Positions 26,880 to 41,859 of a DNA stretch of 64,000 bases are shown in pieces. Under the pieces are notes generated by a model that saw nothing but the letters and a program-made list of their open reading frames with translations, was not told the DNA's origin and searched no databases. The DNA lies in assembly GCF_009914755.1 (NCBI RefSeq), contig NC_060938.1; one strand, 5' to 3'. Position numbers and translations under genes: made by a program. This stretch comes from the human T2T-CHM13v2.0 reference genome, Homo sapiens. The first letter of the stretch is position 1; the number at the start of each line of letters is the position of its first letter.

Positions 26880-28750
26880 TTGTTCAAGTCAAATATATAA
26901 AAGAATATGATCACATGCTGTTTACAAGAGATGCTTGAAAAACAAACTGATTAAACATAAATATTTTAAACAAGCATAAACTATTAAAAAGGGAATTTGT
27001 ATTAGCAGTAATAACATCAAGTAGGTAAGGCTATTTTATCTCAGCTACAGTTTAAATCAAAGGATCACTGAAGTATGAATGAGAGTTCTTATAAAGTCAT
27101 CTGACGAAGGATTCATGTGTAAACCTAAGTAAAAGAAACCAAAACCAGAAACTCTATAGTACACATATAGAAAAAAATACCTATGTTAAAGACAATGAAG
27201 CACCTATAATACAAGTAAAATATGCTGAATAAGAAATGTAAATATTTTATTACAAATGGTTTCTCTGATCCACGGAGAAAAACATGATTTTGTGAGAGGT
27301 AATCATTTGAAAGTAAAATCAACTCATATCTGTTTTCAAGCAACTCACAATATAAATTCAATTTAGGATGAATTAATGATCTAAAGTGGTCAAATAATTT
27401 GAGGATAAACTACACACAATATTAGACTCTGGGAAATTCACAATAAGCATTTGTCATATTAAAACTCCGGGGCCTTTTTTCACTAGTGAGACTTGCTTTT
27501 CTAACTGATCATAGAATAATCTTCCACATAATAATATTGTATTAACATGGAACTAAAATTTTGCTGAAATAACTTTGGCAGGTGCTATGCTAGAGACAAA
27601 GCTGATTACTGTCATTATTATTCATTATTTTTTGGAAGACACAGGTAATGCTATAAAACAAAATTTTAAAATGCATAGATTTTGAAATAAATATTGCCAA
27701 AATCATTTTTGGTTTGTAGATAATATGTACCTAGCTGAGAAACCCAAGAGAATCAACTGAAAGTCTTTTTTATGTCCTTCCAACTTTTATTTTAGGTTCA
27801 AGGGGTTCATGTGTGGGTTTGTAACATGGGTAAATGGCTTGTCACTGGGGCCTAGTGTACAAGTGATTTCATCACCCAGGTAGTGAGCATAATATCCAAG
27901 AGGTAGTTTATCCATCCTCACACTCCTCCCACACTCCACACTCAAGTAGGCCCAAGTGTCTGTTGTTCCCTTCTTTGTGTCCATGCGTACTCCACATTTA
28001 GCTCACATTTATAAGTGAGAACGTGGTATTGGGTTTTCTGTTCCTGCATTAATTCACTTAGGATAATAGCCTCCAGGTGCATTCGTGTTGCTGCAAAGAA
28101 CGCGATTTCATTCTTTTTTATGGCTGTGTAGAAAGAAAGCCATGGTGTATATGTACACATTTTCTTTATCTAGTCCACTGTTGATGGGCATCTCAGTTGA
28201 TTCCATGTCTCTGCTATTGTAAAAAGTGTTACAATGAACATATGCATGCATTTGTCTTTATGGTAGAACAATTTATATTCCTTTGGGTATATACCCAGTA
28301 ATGGAAACTGCTGCATCTATTTTAAGTTCTTTGAGAAATCTCCTGACTGCTATCTATAGTAGCTGAACTAATGCACATCCCCACCAACAGCGTACAAGCG
28401 TTCCCTTTTCTCTGCAACCTTGCCAACATGTTATTTTTTGACTTATTAGTAATAGCCATTCAGACTAGTGTGATACGGTATCTCATTGTAGTTTTGATTT
28501 GCATTTCTCTGATGATTAGTGATGTTGAGCATTTTTTCATATGCTTGTTGGCCACATGTATGTCTTCTTTTGAGAAATGTCTGCTCATGTTCTTTGTCCA
28601 TTTTTTTAATAGGATTGTTTTCTGCTGGTTGCTTTCTGAAATTCTACTGGACCTAATGCGTGAGTTATATGAAATGTTTTTTATAAAATCAATATACAAA
28701 ATCAATATCATTTTTATATACCAAAAATAAATAATTAGAAAATCTGATCA
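26880..28750 (+). mobile_element. Old L1M ORF2 remnants interrupted by an antisense L1PA
   Basis: TGCTGTTTACAAGAGA (CCLQE-like) and TTTGTAGATAATATG...GAAACCCAAGAGAATCAACTGAAA; resumes after 28636. Confidence 0.55.
27767..28635 (-). mobile_element. 5'-truncated L1PA15/16-like element
   Basis: ORF-track fragments [16 protein letters not shown] and AIKKNEI...LEAIILSEL; L1PA 3'UTR; TSD CTGAAAGTCT/CTGAAATTCT. Confidence 0.88.
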
Positions 28751-29208
28751 ATATGTTTTATTCATGATATCACTGGAATTCAACTTTGAAGGAAATCTTG
28801 AGAACCCTTATATTAAAATAAATAATAATTTTTACAAAACTATGTTTAAAGGCACTCCAGGTATTAACAAAATCTTACTGTAACAACAAATTTCTAGAAT
28901 CTGATTCTAATTCTTCCTCACCCATGCAAGCCTAGTTCACTGAAATTAACATGAGGCATTTAAGGAAAATATACTCATTGGAGTAAGTAAACTTCCTTCA
29001 AGTTTCTTCCACCAGAAAAGGAAGATTTATCTTTCATTACAATCAGTCAGAGGAGTGGGGTCTTGATATGGTTTGGATTTGGGTTCCCCAGCAAATCTCA
29101 TGTCAAATTGGAAAAGAGGCCTGGTGGGAGGTAACTGGATCATGGGGGTAGATTTCCCCCTTGCTGTTTTCATGATAATGAGTGAGTTCTCATGAGATCT
29201 GTTGGTTT

Positions 29209-30421
<1,213 letters not shown>

Positions 30422-30930
30422 TCAATTAAACCTCTTTTCTTCATAAATTACCCACTCTCAGGTATGTGAGAATGGACTAATACAGGTCTCAGTATTTACT
30501 CAATTATTTTTATTTTACTTAAGGACCACAGTTCAATAATTCAAACCATGTTTTTCTTGGCTAAGTTGTACTGCCTGGTAAAATTTGTCATTGATTTATA
30601 ATATATTTTGAGCCAGAACATTATACTTCCTAAAATTTCCATAGGCGATATAACTTTTTGTTTTTCTTTTTCAAAAGCAGAAAAAACATAATGTATTGCA
30701 GAGGGAAATCCATAATCAATAAGGCCATTTCTGCCTTATTTTTATTTTCATCGAAGTTAAACAGCTTAAAATTTTCTTGAAAATTTAGCCAAAATTTAAA
30801 TATAATTTTATAGACAAAACTTGAAAAAATGATTATATGTTTAGAAGAATAATTAAGGAATAACTGAAGAGTATTTTGAAGAATAACTAAAGAAGCTTTG
30901 AAAAATAAGGGTATTAACATGAATACTTTA

Positions 30931-31245
<315 letters not shown>

Positions 31246-32419
31246 TTAAAAGTATTCAACAGAACAAGCAGGTTAGTGAAAATAATAGTACATGAAATAG
31301 AACCATGTATGTAGAGAACTTAACTATATAATAATATTGACCTCTCAAGCCAGATAGAGGAAAGAATAAAACGTTGAATAAATACTGTTGGATCAACTTG
31401 TTAACCATTTGGGAAAACAGTACCTATGACACCTTGTATCTTAGTCATAAATATAAAAGTTACACAAATTAAATTATTTTCAAAGAAAGCATAGTCAATT
31501 ATAAGGTATGATGTTGTCATAAACTCATAGACTGTGTGTTCAGTTGTTTTATAACTGGCTGTTTTATTTGTAGAGAACATGTATAAAATAAATACAAATG
31601 CATGCACAGGTTGTGATCTTTTATTAAGCGTGGCACATATGGCTGTGGCATTGTACACAGTTGTATAATTTTATATCAAAGTCATGTGCAAGCCCAAATC
31701 TAAAATATACACTTGTGAACTACAACCTTCCTAATCAATGACTCTATCATAAGAACTTCAAATATGTGATTTATTGTGAAAGTAGCAAAACAAATGGATT
31801 AACTTAAATACTCAAATCCATCATTGTTGCTCCAATGTGTTAATATTTTAAGATATTGTAGGACAAATTTTGTGTTAATTAAACAAGTGATAACTTCACA
31901 AGCTTCAGTAGCCTCATCCGTATAATACAAATAATAAAACCTTCCTCATTGAAATTAAATAAAATTGCATATATAAAACACAGTGACAAGTAGTAGGCAC
32001 TTAAATATTAATTTTCTTCTATTTCCCTGTTACCTGAATGCCTGTGCACTGCCAGTGAACACGTACTACACAGTAAGATTAGGTTAATCTGACTATGACC
32101 CATGCAAGTAATGGGATTTTAATCTTTGATATGGGACAAATGGAAGTTAATGAAGTCATAATTTTTTCCTTTTGTTGATATTAAATTATTACAACAATTA
32201 ACCCAAAGAACCCACACAAAGAGTTATTTCAAATGCAACATCAGGAGATGCCCAAATCCAACATTTCATTTTGATTTCCTATAGCTCTGACCTGAATGCT
32301 CTAGCTTATTGAGAAGAATTTTGAAAATTCAAAAGTTAGAAAATTCACTTTTGTATTTCTGTGCACCCAATTTGGTTTTAACACAAAACTAAACAAAATA
32401 TCAAATCGTTATTGCCTAA

Positions 32420-32805
32420 TGGTCTTGCTTTAGTCCTTCACAAATGCTGTTCTGTCTTCCTGCGGCATTCTTTCGACACTGTCTCTCTCCTCAATCTAGC
32501 CACCTGAATCCTACTTAACCTGAAGTTTTCACTTAGACATGATTTTGCTGGGATATCTTTTGTGATTCTACCAAACGGGTAAAATGTTCACCCCTTTTAT
32601 GTACTTCCACAGCATATTGAGCTTCCCACGCCATTTCTCAAATTGAATTCAAATTACTTTCCTTATATATCTGAAGTATTGATATGTGCTAGACAGCAAG
32701 CTCCCTGAGAACAGAAACCTCCTGTATTGATCACCATTGTGTCTCTAAAGCTGTGCATAGTACAGGGTACAATATAAATATTCAATTAATATTTTTTGAA
32801 TTGAG
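32420..32805 (+). mobile_element. L2 3' region
   Basis: CTTCACAAATGCTGTTC...CTAGACAGCAAGCTCCCTGAGAACAG...ATATTTTTTGAATTGA. Confidence 0.7.
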
Positions 32806-33549
32806 GCTAATTAGGAAAAGAAAATGGCTAACTTTGGAATTCAATTCAACATAAAATCTAGAAAGAGAATTGTGTAAATCTAAACTATTAATTCAGCTCA
32901 GCATTTGAGAGCCTGCTATGAATTTTAAGCTATTAATTACACTCATTCTCTGTAATGAGGATTTGCAGTTCTGAAGAAAAGCTAAATGATGCCTTGTGAA
33001 AAACATTCATTGCTCTGTAACTGTTTAATGAATAGTTTTATCACCAGCGAAATTATCAGCTTTGATATCTGGAATCAAATCTTAGACTATCCTGTCATCC
33101 CTTACAAACACACTCAGGAGCCTCCAGAAGTATTGTGTTAACCTATTACATGGTTAATCTATTAACCATGAGATGTATGTTACTAAGTCATTATCTGTAA
33201 AACAAAATTCTACTGTTTTTGCTGTTTGCCTCATTTATTGATATTTGTCAACATTTTCTGAATTAAAATTTCAAGAACCACATTTGTATATGGTTCTTGA
33301 CAGAAAAAATGCAAGAGAAGGTTTTTTTTATGCCTTTTAAAGCTTGTAATCAAATTAGGAACATTTTAAATACTAAAACTGATTTTTGGTAATTTAATTT
33401 GCCATTACTGTGGATTATTGCAGATTACCCTAGTATACTGCAGCTTAACAGCCAAGGAAAAGATAAGTAGGAGAGAAAAAGTCAGGTGGTTTCAAGGATA
33501 AAAGGCTTCCCAAAGAAGATGAAGTTTACACTATGAGTAGTAGAAAATA

Positions 33550-34020
33550 TACCCTCCATTGCAAGAAACAGAAAGTCCCACTCAGATACAAAAATAAAGG
33601 GAATTCATCAGCTCCTGTAACAAGAAAGTTCAAAGGTAGATCTGGCTTCTGAAAAGAATTCATCCTGGGATACAAAATGTCATCAAGGATCTGGCTCCAT
33701 TTGTTTGTAAGCTTTTGTGTCTGCTGCCCTCGGCACGTTGGCATCATATTCAGGCACCTCTCTTCTGGAAACAATAATGATTACAGAATTCCAAACTTCA
33801 AACACTCTTCTTACTCTCCAGAGGCTGAGTTATCCTGGGAGAATTTCTGAATGAATTACTGTGGCTTGTGGGTATGGAGTGCATATGCCCCATCCCTGGC
33901 TTTGAGAGAGAAGTAAATTCCTCAGAAGATTCTGTATCTCAAATGAAAACAAGATGCTAATAGGAAGGGGAAAGGGGAAAATTGGCGCTGAGAAGGCAAC
34001 CAATAAACATTGGCTGCACT
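33550..34020 (-). mobile_element. Old MaLR LTR (MLT1K/L-like)
   Basis: TTGCAAGAAACAGAAA...GTAACAAGAAAGTTCAAAGGTAGATCTGGCTTC...AATGTCATCAAGGATCTGG. Confidence 0.65.
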
Positions 34021-36054
34021 TGGCTTTGAAGGAAGTGAAGAATACAGGCTTGTATTCTTGTATCTAACTTGTAAGTTTAGATTCCAGGCAGAAGGAGTGA
34101 TGTGGCAATCAGTAAGAAAAAAATCATGGAGATGATTTTTAGCCAGAGTGTAAAGAAATAGTTATATATTGATGAATTATGTGATCGAAAACTTTTATAT
34201 GGTCTTGAAGATTAGCTTAAAGATGCTAAGTTTAGAAGTTATATCATGGAATGGATACTCTAGTGTAAAATTTGCCCATTGAGACTAATAATTCTCCCCC
34301 TCCACCTGCTTTTCATGGATATAGCAGCCAGTAAAAGCTATTCCAAAGATACGAGAACAATTACCAAGACCCTTTTAGTTATGTATACAAAAAGCAATAG
34401 TCTTAGGGATGGCTGAAGTTACCTGAGTGCAGATGTTGTAGACTAGGAAATTAAGTATAGCTTTCTTGATATGCATTGTAACCATACTGGTAGTTTCATC
34501 TGCAATTTCTAAAACTCCTACTATGGAAAAACTGTCATGGAACTGATCTCCTCATGGCATAGCCATACACAGTTTGAGTTGTTGATGTTCACAGCTGGCA
34601 ATATTTTTAAGACTGAATAATTACAGAATTTGTTGATGTTAGGTTCTATATTCCAGTGTAATTATCTTCTTGAAATCAAATTAGAATATACTTCTGTGAC
34701 AGGTAGAAGGGCTTTGGTTGAAAAGAATACACCGTCTCCCTATTATCTAAGGTGGTCTCCCGAAACAGGAAATAAGGTCTAAGGATATGTGTTACACCTT
34801 GTTGGGGGAAAACAAATATAAGTTTCTTGTTGTATTCTGTGACTGTTTTATTCTGGACTAGGAACTGTGCATAGTCAAAGTATTCCCACTGGTTAGGAGT
34901 AACCTGGTTTTTAATCTCATTTTGACAGCATTGGAAATGGATGGGGAGAAGGCCTGATGAAAATTACTGAGGAAGCCTCTTAGCCTATGTGCTCTGAGAG
35001 TAGTGACACCTAGCAGTCGTTGTAAGTAGTTCCCCGTTTGCACTTTACCTTCATTTTTACGCAAATCTTTAGTAAAAACTATGTATCTTAAATATATAGT
35101 TTCATCTCTGCTGAGCCATAGGAAATAAAAATGGGTGTATAGCTTATGCCAGGCCAGTGCTGAGAAGAAAACCAATAAACATTTAGGGATGATTCTGACT
35201 AATCCTTCAATGCCAGAGCAGTGGTCTAGCAATGGCCCCCACTTGAGGACAGCTGTGAAAAATGGAGGCCTAGTCTTAGGAGGGTCAGCAGCAGTAATGG
35301 AGGCAGTGGGGCCACCTGGTGGAGACACTGGAGAGATTGAAATATTCCAGACTATAATAAAACACGCAGAAATGTTACTGAGTAGAGAAACAAGGCTCTC
35401 TGAAGGGACATAAGTAATTGGGACATTCTGATGGGGATTATTAAACAAAAATATAATTTATATCATACTCAAAGGCTGGCAAGGTAAGGACATTTGGCTA
35501 ATAATATTATAAGGAGCCAGGGTAATAATAGTATAAAAAACAGTACTGGAGGAGCATCATATAATACCATTAGTCATGTATAGGGTAGATCATAAGGCAG
35601 AATAAACTAAAGATCAGGGTGACCAGTGGAAGAGTGAATGAGAAATAAATACCATTAATGGGTTTTAAATTCCTCTGTTTCAAAAGAATCTGCAAACTTT
35701 AGGGTTGAATAAAAATGTGTTTTGTGTGTGGTGTGAGCCGATGGTAGTTGAAAAGAAAATAGTTCAATCTGGAAAAGAAAAATAAATTAGAGAATAAGCT
35801 CTAAGATCTAGATCCCTTTTTCCATTTCTTGCCCACCACAGTTCAGTCTAGATCTGAAAGTCACACTAAGTCCCCCCTTCCAAGAACACTGGCATGATTC
35901 ACCAACACCATGATTTAATTTGGTCTCTCTCTACTTAGAAGCAAAGTTTGATCGGAAAAACAAAACTGAATGTTTCCTTATCATGGCCATGTTTGTACTT
36001 CTTAAACTATGGAAGTAATTTTAGGAGACACGTAGAGTATCCAACATCATTCCT

Positions 36055-36088
36055 CTTTCTTTCTTTCTCTTTCTTTCTTTCTTTCTTT

Positions 36089-36120
<32 letters not shown>

Positions 36121-36261
36121 TTCTTTATTTGCTTTCTTTCTTTCTTTCCTTTCTTTCTTTCTCCTTCCTTCCTTCATTCCCTCCCTCCCTCCTTCCTTCC
36201 TCCCTCCCTCCCTCTCTCTGTCTCTCTCTCTCTCTTTCTTTCTTGAGACTTCTTTCTTTCT
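36055..36261. repeat. Compound (TTTC)n/(TTCC)n/(TC)n microsatellite derived from an Alu tail
   Basis: Lies between the Alu body and its left TSD. Confidence 0.93.
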
Positions 36262-36510
36262 TGAGACAGGGTCTCACTCTGTCATCAGGATGGAGTGCAG
36301 TGGTGCAATCTTGGCTCACTGTAACCTATGCCCCCAGGCCCAAGCAATTCTCGTGCCTCAGCCTCCCGTGTAGCTGGGACTATAGTCACATGCCACCATG
36401 CCCAGCTAATTTTTGTATTTTCAGTAGAGATGGGGTTTTTCCATGTTGCCCAGGATGGTCTCAAACTCCTGGCCTCAACTGATCCACCCACTTCGTCCTC
36501 CCAAAGTGCT
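36055..36510 (-). mobile_element. AluJ-like element, 5'-truncated
   Basis: GAGACAGGGTCTCACTCTGTC...CCCAAAGTGCT; TSD CCAACATCATT(C/T)CT at 36041-36054 and 36511-36524. Confidence 0.92.
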
Positions 36511-36704
36511 CCAACATCATTTCTATCCCCAGTTGTATTTTAATGGGTATGATGAATTTGGGAATAATAAATTATATTTCTAAATGTCAAGTTATATCTG
36601 TTTCTCTTAATAGGAAACAAAAACCTAAATAAAACAGTTTATATTTCCCATGGAATAATTGTATTAGACCCTGAAGGGTTTTTTAAACATTAAATTAATT
36701 AAAA

Positions 36705-37512
36705 CTTAATTTCCAAATTGAAATATAAAATTTTATGTACTTATCATGTACAACATGATGCTTTGAAATATATGTACAGTGTGGAATGACTAAATTAGCA
36801 AATTAACATGTGTTACCTCACATACTTATCATTTTATAGTGAGAACACTAAACATCCACTCTCTTAGTGTATTTCAAGAATAAAATCTTTTACCTATAGT
36901 CACCATGTTGTACAATGTATCTCTTGGACTTATTCCTCCTATCTGACTAAAATCTGTACACTTGGAACAATACCTCTCGAACCCCTTCCTCCACCCCAAC
37001 TACTCTAGCTCCTCATAATCACCATTCTACTCTCTATTTCTATGAGATCAACTTTTCAAGATTCCACATATGGAGATATATTAGTCTGTCTTCATAATGC
37101 TATAAAGAACTGCCCAAGATTGGGTAATTTGTAAAGGAAAGAGGTTTAAGTGACTCACAGTTCAGCATGGCTGGGGAGGCCTCGGGAAACTTACAATCAT
37201 GGTGGAAAACAAAGGGGAAGCAAGACACCTTCTTCACAGGGTGGCAGGAAGGAGCAGTACCAAGTGAAGTGGGAAGAGCCCCTTCCCTTATAAAACCATC
37301 AGGTCTCATGAGAACTCACTCACTATCATGAGAACAGCATGGGGGGAAACCACTTCTATGATTCAATTACCCCCACCTGGTGTCTCCCTTGACACATTGG
37401 GAATATGACTATTACAATTCAAGATGAGAATTGGATGGGAGTACAAAGCCTAACCATATCAGGAAATCATGCAGTTTATCTCTCTGTACTTTGCTTATTT
37501 CACTCAACATAA
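36705..37512 (-). mobile_element. L1MA 3' end split by a THE1 LTR
   Basis: TATAGTCACCATGTTGTACAAT...CACCATTCTACTCTCTATTTCTATGAGATCAACTTTT...GATTCCACATAT; resumes ATCATGCAG. Confidence 0.85.
37077..37461 (-). mobile_element. THE1 (THE1C/D-like) solo LTR
   Basis: GACTCACAGTTCAGCATGGCTGGGGAGGCCTC...CAAAGCCTAACCATATCA; TSD GGAGA/GGAAA. Confidence 0.9.
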
Positions 37513-38705
37513 TTTTAATATGTGTGTTAAGTGTGTCTTAAGTGTTTTTTATTAAGTACAGTGCTGAACCAGAGGGAGAATTAAAGATTTAGGTGGCCTT
37601 GCTATGATAAGATGACAGAAATTTGATATGTGGTGTTAGCTAAGGTTTAATATTACCAAATACTTTTGACAAATTTTGAATTACTGGTTAATTTACAGCT
37701 GCCCATGTGCTTCATTAGCTAGAGAATATTTAGCTCCAATTTCAGAGATCATTTTCAGTTTTAGTAATTATAATCCCTCTATGATTTAATTTTTATCATT
37801 TGTCTGTGGGTCCATGACACAGAAAAATGGACAAAATATTGTGTGCAATTATATTAAAGTGACTTTTAAATAATGTAAAACACAGTGGAAAATTAATACA
37901 TTTTCAAATAGGAGAAATCCTTGTGTTACTATTATAAGAGTTTTGTTTTTTTAATTAGCCTAAAGTCATTAAGAATCTTAGATAACATTGTCTTTTCCAA
38001 TACTACTTCTTTAGAAGAATTCAAATTATTTTTGCTAAATATCTTTATTAAAGATCTAATCTTAAAGTATTTAAGTTGCTAAGTGATGGTAGATAAGTTG
38101 GTGGTTTCCTATTTTCTCTAATGCTAAAGTTAAGGATGATAAAAGATATTTCAAAGTACTTTAAATTGTGCAGGAACATTTTTTTGAACAGCTTGACAAT
38201 ATTGTATATTCATAAAATAGCTCTTTAAAAAACAAATTTGAATATTTCTTTTGCTAACAACTTTTGTGACTTATATTTGGGAAATGTTTGGAAAATTCAA
38301 TAAAAGCAAACATTATTATAAACAAGTTTCACATAAAACTTGGTAGCATAATTATATTATTAGAGGTAAAGTTTTTCTCCTTTCTCTTTTTCCTTCTCTC
38401 CTCCTCCTATTAATGGAAATAACTCCATTTGGATTGAGAAATAAAAATGTCAGTCTACTACAACATTGTAGTGTAGAGTTATCTTAGATATATGAGTTTT
38501 TTAGCTCTTGCCATATGCAAATGAAGAGAAAAGCATGGATGATAATTTTCTTGAGGGCATGGTGCCTGTCTTATTTATTATATTCTCTGTGCTAACATAG
38601 TAGAGCATAATAGTCACTTCTGTTATGAATTCCAGTAAAATAACCATATAAATATAACCCCGAACCTCACTTCTGATTGCTAGTTTAAACTTAAAACAAG
38701 GTTTA

Positions 38706-38846
38706 GGCTGGGCATGGTGGCTCACGCCTATAATCCCAGCACTTTGGGAGGCCGTGGCGGGCGGATTATGAGGTCAGGAGATCAAGACCATCCTGGCTGA
38801 CATGGTGAAACCCCGTCTCAACTAAAAATACAAAAAAAAAAAAAAA
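38706..38846 (+). mobile_element. Alu left monomer only (AluSc/Y-type diagnostics) with poly(A) and TSD
   Basis: GAGGTCAGGAGATCAAGACCATCCTGGCT...ACTAAAAATAC followed by an A-run; TSD AAGGTTTAG on both sides. Confidence 0.92.
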
Positions 38847-39136
38847 GGTTTAGAATTTCAGGATTCCTTGACTCCTTTTATAATATTAGTTAATTTCATA
38901 GTATTTTTCTTGATCATTCAGGTTAGTTATCATGTCCATTATTTTTCATTGTTTTCTGTTAATACTTTATGTCTTTTCTAATATAACCATGCAGTTTCCT
39001 GGACTTAGCATCTGGAAATAAATTTCAAAATTTTGAAGTGATTTTCCACCGTTTTTTAAAGCAAAATATTAAAGTTGACTTTTAAGTAGAGTTTAATTTC
39101 TTTCTGTGACAGAAGACCGCTTAAATTATCCTAAGA

Positions 39137-39942
39137 CAATGGATGTGAACAGGCACTTTTCAAAAGAAGACATACATGCAGCCAACAATCAAATGAAAAA
39201 AAGCTCTACATTACTGATCATTAGAGAAATGCAAATCAAAACCACAGTGAGTACCATCCACACCAGTCAGAATGGCTACTATTAAAAAGTCAAAGAGATT
39301 GCAAAGAAAAAGGAATGCTTATACACTGTTGGTCAGAGTGTAAATTAATTAACCACTGTGGAAGACATTGTGATGATTCTTCAAAGACCTAAAAACAGAA
39401 ATACCATTCAACCCAGCAATCCCATTACTGGGTATCTACCAAAATCAATATAAATTTTTCTATTATAAAGACACCTGCATATGTATGTTCATTGTAGTAC
39501 TATTTGCAATAGCAAAGACATACAATCAACCTAAATGCCCATCAGTGATAAACTGGATAAAGAAAATATGGTACATATACCATGGAATACTATGCAGCCA
39601 TAAAAAATGAATACGATTATGTCTTTTGCAGGAACATGGGTGGAGCTAGAGGCCATTATTCTTAGCAAAATAATGCAGGAAAAGAAAACCAAATGCACCA
39701 TATTCTCACATATAAGTGGGAGCTAAATTATGATTACACATGGACACATAGAGGGGAACAACACTCACTGAGGCCTATTGAAGGGTTGAGGGTAGGAGGA
39801 AGGAGAGGATCAGGAAAAATAACTAATGGGTACTAGGCTTAATACCTGGGTGACAAAATAATCTGCATAACAAAGCCCCATGACGCAAGTTTACCTGTGT
39901 AACAAGCCTGCACATGTGCCCCTGAACATAAAAGTTTAAAAA
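39137..39942 (+). mobile_element. 5'-truncated L1PA (about PA11-15) 3' end
   Basis: CACTTTTCAAAAGAAGACATACATGCAGCC...GAGAGGATCAGGAAAAATAACTAATGGGTACTAGGCTTAATACCTGGG; degenerate TSD AAATTATCCTAAGA/AAAATGTCCTGAGA. Confidence 0.9.
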
Positions 39943-41859
39943 ATGTCCTGAGAATATATCATTAAAAATGTTATTTGAATATCACATCTTCTTGTATAAT
40001 GATTATGGATGAAAAAGCAGGCAAGACTTTTTACCACTAGCTTTGGATGACTTAGAGGAGAAAGTGAGAGTTGAACTGTCTTGTTGATTCCCTAAAGTGA
40101 GATAAGTTCTTTCTATATGAAGTTCCTGAACATCATGACTGATGTTAGCTTTCCTAATGGACTTTGATGAGATTTTCATGAAAGTTTTTATGTTCCTAAG
40201 TTTCATATGATTTCATATGAAAGCATGATTGTTTAAATATAAACTAATTTCCATAGATATATGATAATAGATAAGTTATTTTCCAAAGCCTATTTTGTTT
40301 ATTCCTTTGCTGGAACAAACACCCAGGCAATGAGTCAACACAACCAATAAGAATGTTCTCTTTTTCCTTACAATTTTTAATGAAAATATTTATAATAAGG
40401 AATAATTTGGAAAAATTCAGCTCATAAGCTAATAGAAGTTGACATATCCATCACTTGCCTTATATGAAACCAGTTTTTCAAAAGTCTATGAAGTTTTGGC
40501 AAATATTTGACAATCGGGATGCATGGTTGATGATCTCATTCCACATTAAATATTATAAATATTTCCACCTTTTAAAATTTTGTTTCAAATATTATTGCTT
40601 GCAATTTATTTGGAAGGCAGGAACATCTATATGCTTTGACTTTAAGGGTTGTCAAGTTATGTTCATCTTTACTTCAACAGCTGGAAATTCCTAGCGCAAG
40701 GAAGGTAAAGACTGGCAAATATCCCCCTCAGAACTAGCATAAATGCAAACATGGTTATTTTGTAAGGCCCTCCTGACACCAGGGCTGTTAAGTAATACTT
40801 GGCGTTCAACTTTGGGGCTACTAATATTGAAAACATTTAAAGAACATGAAAGTCTCTGAAAGCCTTATAATTGTAAATGCTGAAGGAGGGACAGTTTCCA
40901 TCATTCAAAATCAGGAGTGTTAACATCACAGTCAATAAAATTATAAATATGAGATTTGTGGAGATCTTATTTATGAGAACAAGGTCACAAAATCAAAGAT
41001 TGAAAATTCTGCTGTGAAAAGTTGAGAGTCATCTGAATTCCCTTTATCCAAGCAATAGCTAAAATACATACTCCAAAAGACTCCCTTACATTTTTATTAA
41101 CATTTAAAATTGGCAATGTAGATAAAACATTGAGAGATTATGATGTGAATTATAAAAATTAGCTGCATTGTGTCAAGTCATAATATCTTGAGGATAAAGA
41201 AGATGACAAAGTTATAATAGCAAACAGGTGTTATGTAAGACTTTTATGTATATTATTCATTGAAAAAGGATATGCTTTTTCTAAGGGGATAAAAATTATG
41301 TAAAAATATAATATTTCTTTATTTTATCTATGCTGAATAGCACCCCAGGCCTTCCCACAACTTATTTTAATGGATTGAATTTCTGTAGCTCTTAAAATCT
41401 CTGAAATAGCATTTTGATATGCTAGGACAATCATTATTTCTTGGTTGATGTGGTAGAAAAATAACTAAGTTTCAAGTTTAGATTTTCTTGGTTCATATCC
41501 TATGTTGATAATATCGCATAAGGTGGCCAAGACAGAAATAGGAAGAAAATATATGCTCAAACCTGTAAAGGCTGCTGATAGGATATGCCTGTGTTTTGAG
41601 ATAGTGCTTTAGATCCTGTTGGTGGGTGCGTGGTTACGGTTATGGAGAGGGTATTGCTGTACACATTAGGTAAAGTAATTTCTATTTGGAGTACAAATTC
41701 TAATTACTTACAAAATGGAGAGCACAAATAAACATGAGCTGGAGCCATAATTCCAATAGAACACGCTATTTATCTAATTGTTTGAGAAATTAGATAAATG
41801 CAGGAAACAGCAAATGTGTTAGACTTCTAGTAGTTTCTCCCAATAAGTGCTCTTTTCAG

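Noticed and set aside
34858-35448. 196-aa minus-strand ORF as a protein-coding gene
   Set aside because: It has a non-ATG (TTG) start, no recognisable domain and no promoter context. It is possibly antisense to a retroelement remnant.
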